IMG/VR virus record: IMGVR_UViG_3300035510_000237
Source of the DNA: a virus
Reading direction: 5' to 3' (one strand)
Length of the DNA stretch: 64,000 bases
Shown: piece by piece, positions 42,425 through 51,349 of the stretch
How the letters are laid out: each line of letters begins with the position of its first letter
How positions within the stretch are numbered: the first letter of the stretch is position 1
Position numbers and translations under genes: made by a program
Notes under the pieces: generated by a model
Told to the model about the DNA's origin: nothing
The model's input: only the letters and a program-made list of their open reading frames with translations
Databases searched by the model: none

Positions 42425-43285
42425 ATGTTTTATGTTGGTGATTTTTATAACGACCTTCTTCCGGTAGAAGTAAAGCATTTTCCTGATGGTTCTCTTCATC
42501 TTAACGGCGACTTCTTTCCAGTGCGTCAGATTTATTGGCTGTATGAGAATGATGAGGAAATCTTCACTCTTATTTGTCTGAAACGTCATTTTGACCAGCT
42601 TAATGGTTCAATTCGTCTGATTCTGCCTTACCTGCCTCATGCTCGAATGGACAGGACTAAGACCAATAAGGACGTATTTACTCTTAAATATTTTGCGGAA
42701 GTAATTAATTCTCTTAATTTTGAGGCAGTAAAAGTTCTTGATGCCCATAGTAATGTAAGTCTTGCTCTTGTTAATAATATTGTAAACGTTGACCCTACGT
42801 TCTTTGTTGAGAAAGCTATTAATGATATTCTTTCTCATACTACAGTTGATAATCTTGTGCTTTTCTTCCCCGACGAAGGCGCAATGAAGCGCTATAGCGG
42901 TCTTTTTGCTCGTTCTTATACTTTTGGTATGAAGAAGCGCGATTGGGAAACTGGGGAGATTCTTGGGTTGGATATTGTTAATCCTGAAGCTGTTAAAGAA
43001 AAGGAAGTCCTTATTGTAGATGATATTTGTTCTTATGGTGGGACTTTTTATCGTGCAGATAAAGCACTGCGAGAGGCCGGTGCTTATAGAACCTATCTTT
43101 ATGTTTCTCACCTGGAGAACAGTGTAATCAATGGAAAGCTGTACCAAGAAAGAGCTACTGTTAATCATATTTATACAACAAATAGCATCTTTAATGAGGA
43201 TAATGATGTGGACCAGAAAGTTACCGTATTTCCGGTATTTTCTTGCGAAGAGCTTTATAAGAAGGGAGTCAGATATTACCAGTGA
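42425..43285 (+). CDS. prs: ribose-phosphate pyrophosphokinase (PRPP synthetase)-like
   Basis: PRPP-binding loop VLIVDDICSYGGT; N-terminal Prs-like fold. Confidence 0.55.
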   Translation: MFYVGDFYNDLLPVEVKHFPDGSLHLNGDFFPVRQIYWLYENDEEIFTLICLKRHFDQLNGSIRLILPYLPHARMDRTKTNKDVFTLKYFAEVINSLNFEAVKVLDAHSNVSLALVNNIVNVDPTFFVEKAINDILSHTTVDNLVLFFPDEGAMKRYSGLFARSYTFGMKKRDWETGEILGLDIVNPEAVKEKEVLIVDDICSYGGTFYRADKALREAGAYRTYLYVSHLENSVINGKLYQERATVNHIYTTNSIFNEDNDVDQKVTVFPVFSCEELYKKGVRYYQ

Positions 43286-43728
43286 ACATTGAAACTTTGA
43301 AAAAGGACAAGATTGCGGCGATGAAGGCTGGCGACATCCAGCGAAAGAACGTCCTTACTGATATGATTGATACTATTCAGAAAGCAGCGATTACTCCAAA
43401 AGGACGCATTGAGATTACTGAACAGCTAGTTGATGACACTTTGATTAAGTATCAGAAAACTGTTCAGGAAATGATTGATACTTGTCCTGCTGACCACCCA
43501 GACAAGCTTGCTGAGTATCAGCAGAATATGGAAATTGTTAAGGAATATGCTAAGCAGCTTATCACTGATAGAGAAGTTATTAAAACCCTTATTATGGAGC
43601 TTCTTGATGCAAATGGAATTACTTGTGAGAAGGCCAATAAGGGCAAGATTATGAAGGTCCTTGCGCCTGCCTTTAAGGGCAAGGCAGATATGAAGATCGT
43701 TAATAGCGTCCTAGAGGAATATTTCTAA
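43282..43728 (+). CDS. GatB/YqeY-domain protein
   Basis: MNIETLKKDKIAAMKAGDIQRKNVL.. YqeY-like pattern. Confidence 0.45.
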   Translation: MNIETLKKDKIAAMKAGDIQRKNVLTDMIDTIQKAAITPKGRIEITEQLVDDTLIKYQKTVQEMIDTCPADHPDKLAEYQQNMEIVKEYAKQLITDREVIKTLIMELLDANGITCEKANKGKIMKVLAPAFKGKADMKIVNSVLEEYF

Positions 43729-43732
43729 TAAA

Positions 43733-43790
43733 GCGCGCTCCCAATTTTTTAACTATTTATTAGCAGAATTTTGGGAGCGCGCATTTTCCC
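43733..43790 (+). terminator. rho-independent terminator
   Basis: AGCGCGCTCCCAATTTTTT...AATTTTGGGAGCGCGC. Confidence 0.65.
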
Positions 43791-43795
43791 TATAT

Positions 43796-43824
43796 TTGTG
43801 TTTATTAAAAAAATATATTATAAT
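43796..43824 (+). promoter_or_regulatory. class-2 promoter
   Basis: TTGTGTTTATTAAAAAAATATATTATAATATATATAGAAATTAAGAAAGGCTTGATAAACATG. Confidence 0.6.
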
Positions 43825-43855
43825 ATATATAGAAATTAAGAAAGGCTTGATAAAC

Positions 43856-44062
43856 ATGGCTTCACTAATATATCATCCTTGTTACCGATGTGCTTTAAAA
43901 TGTAAATGCTGTGCTTTTTATAAAAATTCTGAATCAGGGCTTTGCCCAAAGTATTGTGTGTATACAATGAAAGGATTTACATTGAGAAGCCATATAGTAT
44001 ATTGTCCTTTTTGCGGGAAAAGAATTAAAAAGGAGAATGGTGAAATTGAATATCAAGCCTAA
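43856..44062 (+). CDS. Cys-rich zinc-ribbon protein, paralog pair D
   Basis: CYRCALKCKCCAF..CPKYC..CPFCG. Confidence 0.45.
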   Translation: MASLIYHPCYRCALKCKCCAFYKNSESGLCPKYCVYTMKGFTLRSHIVYCPFCGKRIKKENGEIEYQA

Positions 44063-44243
44063 AACTGAATGTTTAGAATGTAAATTTCGATGTTGGTGCT
44101 GTGAATTTTATTCTGATACTTGCAATCGAGATAAAGGAGAATGCTCTTCTAATAATTTTAAACTAATAGAAGATTGGCACCATTGTCCTAATGATGGCAA
44201 AAGATTTGCCAATGTTCCTGTTTTTACCAAAGATTTTGAATAA
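44037..44243 (+). CDS. Cys-rich zinc-ribbon protein, paralog pair D'
   Basis: CLECKFRCWCCEF..C..HCPNDG. Confidence 0.45.
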   Translation: MVKLNIKPKTECLECKFRCWCCEFYSDTCNRDKGECSSNNFKLIEDWHHCPNDGKRFANVPVFTKDFE

Positions 44244-44255
44244 GGAGATTGTTTA

Positions 44256-46043
44256 ATGATTAATAATTATAACCCTCTCTTAATGTGTGATTTTTATAAG
44301 GCTACTCATGCGGAGCAGTATCCGGCAGGACTAACAAAAATTGTTAGTTATTATACTCCACGGCTGTCAAGACTTCCTGATACTAATAAGGTTACTCTTT
44401 TTGGCCTTCAGGCTTTTATTAAAGAGTATCTGATTGGGATGTTTAATGAATGCTTCTTTAACAGAAGCGAAGAATATGTTGTTCATGAGTACGAAAGAGT
44501 GCTGAACAATTCTCTTGGCCGTGGAACTTATTCTGCTGAAAAGATTATTAAGCTGCATCGACTTGGTTATCTGCCTCTTTCTATTAGAGCTGTTCCAGAA
44601 GGAACTAGAACTTCTATTGGCGTTCCGCAGATTGAGATTAGCAATACCCATCCTGATTTTGTTTGGTTGGTAAATGCTATCGAGACTCTTCTGTCTTGCA
44701 CCATGTGGCATACCCAGGTATCTGCGGAAGTCGGTTATCGCTATTGGCAGATTGTTAAAAGGTATTGGGATGCTAGTTGCGATGATTTTGTTGATCCCCA
44801 TATGCTGCTTGGAGACTTTTCTATGCGCGGTCAGCAGTCTGCGGAATCCGCAATTAAATCCAGCGCTGCTTGGTGCCTGAGTTTTTATAATACCGCGACC
44901 GTGCCAGCTATTATGTGGTTGGAAGATAATTATAATTGTGATTCTGGCAAGGATGAAGTTGCCCATGGCGCAGTTTCGACAGAGCATAGCGTTATGTGCT
45001 CTAACTATGCTGTTGATGGCGATGAAATTACTCATATTAAGCGGCTTCTTACTGAAATTTATCCTGAGATTAGTTTCTCTATGGTATCTGATTCTTATGA
45101 TTACTGGAATCTTGTAACCAAAATTCTTCCTAGATGTAAGAAGGAAATCATGGAGCATAAGGGTTGTCTTGCTATTCGTGGCGATAGTGGAGACCCTGTA
45201 GAAGTGATTGCAGGTAAGCGTTTTTATCCTATTGATGGCGCACTCCTTGAGGAGAACGATGAAGATAAAATCGGTGATTGGTTCAACGATTGGGCATTTG
45301 AATACGGCATTGAATATAGTGATATTTATTACTTCCAGGATGCTAATGGAAAAGTTTATTCCGCAGACGTGGATATAGATTATAGTTATGAGTGCGGTTA
45401 TTATACTGATACTGAATACCGGTATATTGATTCCCTTAGAGTGGAATGGAAAGAAATTTCTCCCACTGCTGAAATTATGGGCACTGTTTGGGCGCTGTGG
45501 CAGGAATTTGGCGGCACCCTTAATTCTAAAGGGTATAAGGTTCTAAATCCTCATGTAAAGGCTATTTATGGCGATTCTATTACCCCTCAGCGTTGTGAAG
45601 AGATTTATAAGCGTCTTATGATGCAGGGCTTCGCTATTAGTAATGTTTCTCTTGGCGTTGGTTCTTTCTCTATGATGTGCCTTGAAAATATTGATAGTGA
45701 AGGTAAGATTTCTTATAGTCCTTATACTCGCGATACTTTTGGCATTGCTGTAAAGGCTACTTATGCCGAGGATAAGGATGGTAAGCCCATTATGATTTAT
45801 AAGCAGCCCAAGGCTTTGTCTTGGAAGAAGTCTCAGAAAGGATGCTGCATCGTAGCAGAAGATGGCGAAAGCTATACTGATGAACATACTCTGGAAGAGA
45901 CTGCCAATCATAAGTGCAAAAACTTGCTTATCCCTGTTTTCGCTAATGGGCAGCTTATTAGGCAGTATACACTTGATGAAGTTCGTAGAAATATGTATCC
46001 TGAGACGACGGAAGATTGGTGCGATGAACGTTATTACTGGTAA
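44256..46043 (+). CDS. nadV: nicotinamide/nicotinate phosphoribosyltransferase (NAMPT/NadV family)
   Basis: N-terminal LLMCDFYKATHAEQYPAGLTKIVSYYTPR matches NAMPT N-terminus; 595 aa. Confidence 0.6.
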   Translation: MINNYNPLLMCDFYKATHAEQYPAGLTKIVSYYTPRLSRLPDTNKVTLFGLQAFIKEYLIGMFNECFFNRSEEYVVHEYERVLNNSLGRGTYSAEKIIKLHRLGYLPLSIRAVPEGTRTSIGVPQIEISNTHPDFVWLVNAIETLLSCTMWHTQVSAEVGYRYWQIVKRYWDASCDDFVDPHMLLGDFSMRGQQSAESAIKSSAAWCLSFYNTATVPAIMWLEDNYNCDSGKDEVAHGAVSTEHSVMCSNYAVDGDEITHIKRLLTEIYPEISFSMVSDSYDYWNLVTKILPRCKKEIMEHKGCLAIRGDSGDPVEVIAGKRFYPIDGALLEENDEDKIGDWFNDWAFEYGIEYSDIYYFQDANGKVYSADVDIDYSYECGYYTDTEYRYIDSLRVEWKEISPTAEIMGTVWALWQEFGGTLNSKGYKVLNPHVKAIYGDSITPQRCEEIYKRLMMQGFAISNVSLGVGSFSMMCLENIDSEGKISYSPYTRDTFGIAVKATYAEDKDGKPIMIYKQPKALSWKKSQKGCCIVAEDGESYTDEHTLEETANHKCKNLLIPVFANGQLIRQYTLDEVRRNMYPETTEDWCDERYYW

Positions 46044-46482
46044 TTTGCTTGACGCAAAAGAAACTTATATTTGCCATCAGGTGAATTGTCAAGGCAAGAT
46101 GAACTCTGGCGTAGCAAAAGCTATCCGAGAAAAATACCCAGAAGTATTCAGCAGTTATCTTTTTAAATGTTCAGAGGCCGAATCCGCAGATAAGCTTTTA
46201 GGTTCTACCCAAATGGTAAAGACTAAAGATAATCATTTCGTAATTAATATGTTTTCTCAGTTTAACTATGGATATGATGGGCGACGTTATACTTCATATG
46301 ATGCTTTTTGGAATGCCTTGAATTTAATTAAAAACTCAGTAAGCGAAAACTCTACCATAGCTTTTCCCTTTGGGATTGGCTGTGGTAGAGGTGGCGCAAA
46401 TTGGAATATTATTTACGCCATGATTAAAGAAGTTTTTAATGACTCTGATAATATAGTGTTTTATAAAATGGAGGAGAAATAA
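46024..46482 (+). CDS. macro-domain (ADP-ribose-binding/processing) protein
   Basis: ICHQVNCQGKMNSGVAKAIREKYP; start overlaps nadV end in another frame. Confidence 0.5.
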   Translation: MNVITGNLLDAKETYICHQVNCQGKMNSGVAKAIREKYPEVFSSYLFKCSEAESADKLLGSTQMVKTKDNHFVINMFSQFNYGYDGRRYTSYDAFWNALNLIKNSVSENSTIAFPFGIGCGRGGANWNIIYAMIKEVFNDSDNIVFYKMEEK

Positions 46483-47276
46483 TGCCAGAAAAGAAAACTG
46501 CTTATTTTAAATATCCTCTTAATCCTAAAGAGGAAATTGAAAAAATTGTTGATTGGATTAAGAGATATTTTTATATAAATGCGACTCAAGAGACTTATGC
46601 AATTGTTGGGATTTCCGGAGGAAAAGATAGCACAATCACTGCGGCTTTGCTGGCTCGTGCCCTTGGGCCAGAGCGAGTCATTGGCGTTATGATGCCTTGC
46701 CATTATCAGGCAGACTTACAAGACGCAGAGTCGGTTTGCGAGTATCTCGGTATTCAGAAAATGACTATTGATATTGGCCCAGCTACTACTGCGCTTTATA
46801 AGTCTCTTGAAGCTTCTAAGAGCATGGCTTTTAGTGATGAAAATGTCCAGAGAATTACTACAAATACTCCTGCTCGTATTCGCATGACAACTCTTTATGC
46901 AGTAGCTGCTGCGGTTGGAGGTAGGGTAGCGAATACCTGTAATTATTCTGAAGATTATCTGGGATATTCTACAAAATTTGGTGATACTGCTGGAGATTTT
47001 TCTCTTCTTAGCCATTTTACTGCGACAGAAGTAAAGCAGCTTGGATATGCTTTGGGACTACCTAAACGCTTTGTTGATAAGGCTCCTACAGATGGGATGT
47101 GCGGCAAGACCGATGAAGAGAACTTTGGCTTTACTTATACTGAATTAGATAATTTCCTTCGGAATGAAATCTATCCTGATTATGACTCTTATCGTGATAT
47201 AATGGATAGGCATACCCGCAATCGTCACAAAATAGAAGATATGCCAGCTTATTTTTATAGTCCGCGTTATTCGTAA
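46482..47276 (+). CDS. nadE: NH3-dependent NAD+ synthetase
   Basis: PP-loop GISGGKDST; 264 aa. Confidence 0.7.
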   Translation: MPEKKTAYFKYPLNPKEEIEKIVDWIKRYFYINATQETYAIVGISGGKDSTITAALLARALGPERVIGVMMPCHYQADLQDAESVCEYLGIQKMTIDIGPATTALYKSLEASKSMAFSDENVQRITTNTPARIRMTTLYAVAAAVGGRVANTCNYSEDYLGYSTKFGDTAGDFSLLSHFTATEVKQLGYALGLPKRFVDKAPTDGMCGKTDEENFGFTYTELDNFLRNEIYPDYDSYRDIMDRHTRNRHKIEDMPAYFYSPRYS

Positions 47277-47299
47277 TTTATAAAGTAATACTGACAATA

Positions 47300-47330
47300 G
47301 CTCCCTTAAATGGGAGCTATTTGTTTTTAT
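47300..47330 (+). terminator. rho-independent terminator
   Basis: AGCTCCCttaaaTGGGAGCT + ATTTGTTTTT. Confidence 0.7.
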
Positions 47331-47349
47331 TAAAAAATTATGTTATAAT
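47321..47349 (+). promoter_or_regulatory. class-2 promoter
   Basis: TTGTTTTTATTAAAAAATTATGTTATAATATATATAGAAAGTTAAGGAAAGGAAATGATATATATG. Confidence 0.6.
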
Positions 47350-47383
47350 ATATATAGAAAGTTAAGGAAAGGAAATGATATAT

Positions 47384-47740
47384 ATGAATGGTTGGGTTAC
47401 TTCTTTAAATCCGCAGAAGCATCAAAGAAAAATGAATTATTATATGCGTTCTATGAATAAAAATATTGAGAAAGACGAACTTTGGAATGGGCGCTTTTAT
47501 TGTCGCCAGGTTTATTCTCCGCAGAAGTATGTTTATGAAGATCGTAGCGGCATGGAGTATCATGTTTGTTTGCGCTTTATTGATAAGAAAACAGGTAAGT
47601 ATTATGATAAATATGATACAGTTAATTCCTGGTGTATGTGGAATGGCAGTAAGATTTGGGAAACTATGAACTGGTTTATCGTTGAGTTTATTGACGCATG
47701 GGCCGAAAAGCCCAATCCTTATGAGGAGGTCTGGCATTAA
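47384..47740 (+). CDS. hypothetical protein
   Basis: 118 aa. Confidence 0.5.
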   Translation: MNGWVTSLNPQKHQRKMNYYMRSMNKNIEKDELWNGRFYCRQVYSPQKYVYEDRSGMEYHVCLRFIDKKTGKYYDKYDTVNSWCMWNGSKIWETMNWFIVEFIDAWAEKPNPYEEVWH

Positions 47741-48150
47741 TGAATGATTTGAATATGCTGAAAATTGATTTTGCGCCCTGGACTTATCCTTCCAATTGGG
47801 TAAATAATATTAAAGACATTTTCCGCCATATTAAATGGAGTTGGCAGAGAATCACTAAAGGCTATAGTGAAAGAGACCTTTTTGATTTGGATTATTATTA
47901 TGCCAATCTTTTTAGTGGCACTCTAAAGGATTTTGCAAAAGAGCTTCATAGCTATCCTGGCCCAGAAATCAGTTATGATGAATGGCGTGATGCTCTCTGC
48001 GATACTGCTGATAAGTTTGAAAAGTGTCATAATTATGATTTCTTTACTACTACAACAAATAATTATGAAGAAATCTATGAGCAGTGCAAGAAATATAAAG
48101 ATGAAGGCTTTGACTTCTTGAAGAAATGGTTTTTCCATCTTTGGGACTAA
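47740..48150 (+). CDS. hypothetical protein
   Basis: ATGA overlap with upstream gene. Confidence 0.5.
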   Translation: MNDLNMLKIDFAPWTYPSNWVNNIKDIFRHIKWSWQRITKGYSERDLFDLDYYYANLFSGTLKDFAKELHSYPGPEISYDEWRDALCDTADKFEKCHNYDFFTTTTNNYEEIYEQCKKYKDEGFDFLKKWFFHLWD

Positions 48151-48161
48151 GGAGGTAAATA

Positions 48162-48848
48162 ATGGCTACTTATTGTTGTTCTGACTTACATGGGCAGCTT
48201 TTTCTTTATAAAGCGATAAAAGAATTTATTAAGCCAGAAGATACAGTTTTCTTCCTTGGGGACGCAGGAGATAGAGGCCGCAATTCATGGGAAACTATTA
48301 AAGCTATTTGGAGCGATGAGCAGTTTAAGTATCTTCGCGGCAATCATGAAGATATGCTTGTGAAGGCCATGGAAGAATATTATCAAGGGCATCCATATGG
48401 CAGTGCTTATGAACTTCTAGCTTGGAATGGTGGAGCGCCCACTTATGAAGATTGGTTAGCTGAAAAAACTGCTGACCAACGATTTTGGTATAACCGTTTA
48501 AAATCCTTGCTAACTCAATGGACTTATGTCAATGCATTCGGTATGAAATGTGAACTATCTCATGCGGGTTTTACTCCTGGCGCGCATGAGAAAGATTTAA
48601 TTTGGGATAGAAAACATTTTAGACACCCTTGGCCAGAAGGTTATAATGATACTCTTATTGTTCATGGTCATACTCCTTGTCAGTTAATGGATGAAGAACT
48701 GCTGGTCGGTGAACAAGATGATGAAAGAGAAATTGGAGCTTATTGGTATTGCGACTTTCATAAGGTTGACCTTGACAACGCTTCTTTCTATACAAACGCT
48801 TGTGTGCTTTTAGATTTGGACACTTTTGACGAACATATATTTCAGTAA
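48162..48848 (+). CDS. Ser/Thr-phosphatase-like metallophosphoesterase (PPP family)
   Basis: SDLHG, GDAGDRG, GNHE motifs. Confidence 0.6.
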   Translation: MATYCCSDLHGQLFLYKAIKEFIKPEDTVFFLGDAGDRGRNSWETIKAIWSDEQFKYLRGNHEDMLVKAMEEYYQGHPYGSAYELLAWNGGAPTYEDWLAEKTADQRFWYNRLKSLLTQWTYVNAFGMKCELSHAGFTPGAHEKDLIWDRKHFRHPWPEGYNDTLIVHGHTPCQLMDEELLVGEQDDEREIGAYWYCDFHKVDLDNASFYTNACVLLDLDTFDEHIFQ

Positions 48849-48877
48849 TTGATTTTTACTTTAAATTATGATATAAT
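48849..48877 (+). promoter_or_regulatory. class-2 promoter
   Basis: TTGATTTTTACTTTAAATTATGATATAATATTATTATAAA. Confidence 0.6.
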
Positions 48878-48906
48878 ATTATTATAAAAGAAAGGGGAAG
48901 ATCAAC

Positions 48907-49176
48907 ATGAGAAGTAAGAGAAATAAGAACATGGAAACCCATGATTTCTATTGTTTAAATTGCGGAAAGTCTATTCCGCTTCCTAGAAAGCAGGGTTTCC
49001 AGCCGGCTAGATTTCATAGAAAGAAACTTTATTGTCCTTACTGCCAGGTTGTAATTAATATGGTTGAGTGCAAGACTTATGCCGATATTGTAGAATTTAA
49101 GGAAAATTTTGCTAATGGTTTGTATAAGGAAGAAGCTGCTGAATCGCTGAGTTTTGTTGAGGGTTCTGTTATCTAA
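48907..49176 (+). CDS. zinc-ribbon protein
   Basis: CLNCG ... CPYCQ. Confidence 0.45.
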   Translation: MRSKRNKNMETHDFYCLNCGKSIPLPRKQGFQPARFHRKKLYCPYCQVVINMVECKTYADIVEFKENFANGLYKEEAAESLSFVEGSVI

Positions 49177-49189
49177 GGAGGTAATTAGA

Positions 49190-49699
49190 ATGATTAACTT
49201 GTATTTGTTAGTCGGTTTGCCGGGAAGTGGAAAAAGCACTTGGGCAAAATGTTTTACTTCTAAAAATGATGCTATTTGGATTTCGCGAGACGTATGTCGT
49301 TATAAGCTTTTATCTGCTGGAGATGAATACTTTAGCAAAGAGGAGCTTGTTTGGGAAGATTTTATTGGCTGCATTCAAGATGCTATCATTAAGGGCCGGC
49401 AAAATCCAAAAGAAACCACTAATATCATTGTTGATGCTACTCACTTAAATAAAAAATCTCGTGATAAGGTATTGAATCGTATTCCTTTAAACGGGGTTGA
49501 TTTAATCGCAGTTAATTTTATGACTCCTATTGAGCAGTGTCTAAAAAACAATGCTAAACGAGAGGGCCGAGCTAGAGTACCAAATAACGTTATTTATAAT
49601 ATGTATGATAGATTGGCATTTGTTAAAAACCATGAGGAATATAAAAAACATCCTTATTGGGAAATTCAAAATGAATATTGGTTAGATGGAAAGGAGTGA
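49190..49699 (+). CDS. pnk: polynucleotide 5'-kinase-like P-loop kinase
   Basis: Walker A LLVGLPGSGKSTWAKCF resembles T4 Pnk kinase domain; RBS AAGGAGG. Confidence 0.55.
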   Translation: MINLYLLVGLPGSGKSTWAKCFTSKNDAIWISRDVCRYKLLSAGDEYFSKEELVWEDFIGCIQDAIIKGRQNPKETTNIIVDATHLNKKSRDKVLNRIPLNGVDLIAVNFMTPIEQCLKNNAKREGRARVPNNVIYNMYDRLAFVKNHEEYKKHPYWEIQNEYWLDGKE

Positions 49700-49703
49700 T
49701 GTT

Positions 49704-49760
49704 ATGGCCATTTGGCTAACCTCAGATTGGCATTTTAATAAAAGTGCTGGTCAAGAATAA
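49704..49760 (+). pseudogene. 18-codon duplicate of the 5' end of the downstream phosphoesterase gene
   Basis: MAIWLTSDWHFN.. vs MAIWFTSDWH at 50752; lies between pnk stop and HEG. Confidence 0.5.
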
Positions 49761-49811
49761 TACAACGAATTGATATAATTTTTATATTTTATTGAGAGGA
49801 GGAATATAGAA

Positions 49812-50747
49812 ATGTATTCTGTATATAAAATTACTAACTTAATAAATAATAAATGTTATATTGGTTCAAGTATTAGGGTTGATAAACGATGGAAGGAACA
49901 TCTTAACTGCTCTAAAAATTCAAATGACCCAAAATATGATTATCCTTTATATTGTGCTTTTCGGAAATATGGAATAGAAAATTTTCATTTTGAAATATTA
50001 AGAGATGATTTTGATTCTGTGGAAGAGATGTAGAGCTATGAAAAAGAAATGATTATATTTTTTGATAGCTATAATAATGGGTATAATTAGACTTATAATA
50101 CTGATACGCCTTCTTTAGGGTCAGAAAATCTTCAAAAATATATTTAGCAAATCAGCCAAAAATGTGCAAAAGTTAAAAATGGTAAAATTATTGAAGTTTA
50201 TAATTCTTACCATGAAGCTGCAAGAAAAAATGGTTATGATGGCGATTTTTGGGCTTCCTCAATTAGAAAAGTCTGCAAAGGCCAATAGCGAAATTTTAAT
50301 GGAGATATTTTTCAAGATTTAGATAAAAACAATAATCTTGTTATTCCAAAATACTTAACTTCTTCAAGGCGTCAAAAAATTTTTTGTGTAAATGTTGAGA
50401 CTTTAGAAGAAAAATATTATGATTCAGTTTCTCAAGCCAGTAGAGAATTAAATATAGATAGAAATAGAATATAGCAATGCTCTTCTGGAAATTAGAGATA
50501 TTCAATTGTTCATAATTATATTTTTAGAAAGATTGATGAAGATGGTAATATTATTGAAATAGAAAATGCACCAACCATTGAAGAAAAAATTTTTTAGTAC
50601 AATGAATCTAATCCATTAATTAATGGGGAAAGGCATAGTATTAAAGAATGGTGTAATATATATAATATAACCACTAACAGTTATTACTAGAGAAGAAAAA
50701 AAGGAATGGGAGTAATTGAAGCAATTATTACCCCTAAAAGGAGGTGA
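49812..50747 (+). CDS. GIY-YIG homing endonuclease with NUMOD1 repeats (9 in-frame TAG)
   Basis: YSVYKITNLINNKCYIGSS..RWKEH; two ..Y.S..EAAR/QASREL NUMOD1-like helices; closes at TGA 50745-50747 only with TAG read-through. Confidence 0.55.
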
Positions 50748-51316
50748 TTTTATGGCAATCTGGTTTACTTCAGATTGGCACTGACCATTTTAACCATGAT
50801 AAAGAATTTATTTGGAAAGCGCGTGGTTTTACTAGCGCCCAAGAAATGAATGATATAATTATTAAACATCATAATGATGTTGTTTCTGACGATGATGATG
50901 TTTATGTTTTAGGTGATTTGTGCTTGGGCGATCTTGAAACTGGAAGAGAGTGCATTTCTCAGATGCATGGCAAGCTTCATGTTGTATTAGGTAACCACGA
51001 TACAGCTCGACGCATTGAGATGTATCAATCACTTCCTAATGTAGTTGAAATGGCATATGCGCTTCCTGTTAAATTTGGAAAATATAATTTCATTGCAACG
51101 CATTATCCCATGCTAACAGGAAATTTAGAAAAAGAATCTTTAAAACAAATGGTTCTTAATTTACATGGTCATACCCATTCAATCAATAAATTTTATAATG
51201 AACTTCCTTATTGCTATCATGTGGGAGTAGATGCTCATGATTGCAAGCCTATACAAATAGAAAATATTTTAGAAGATATGAAAAACAAAGTAAATGATTG
51301 TAAACAATATCTTTGA
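50744..51316 (+). CDS. metallophosphoesterase whose N-terminus is disrupted (7-bp CTGACCA indel after the ATG at 50752)
   Basis: ATG 50752 gives MAIWFTSDWH then TGA; GTG 50744 frame gives intact GNHD/GHTH phosphoesterase motifs. Confidence 0.45.
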   Translation: MILWQSGLLQIGTDHFNHDKEFIWKARGFTSAQEMNDIIIKHHNDVVSDDDDVYVLGDLCLGDLETGRECISQMHGKLHVVLGNHDTARRIEMYQSLPNVVEMAYALPVKFGKYNFIATHYPMLTGNLEKESLKQMVLNLHGHTHSINKFYNELPYCYHVGVDAHDCKPIQIENILEDMKNKVNDCKQYL

Positions 51317-51349
51317 ACCTTGAGAATTAAATAAAAGGAGAATTATTTT

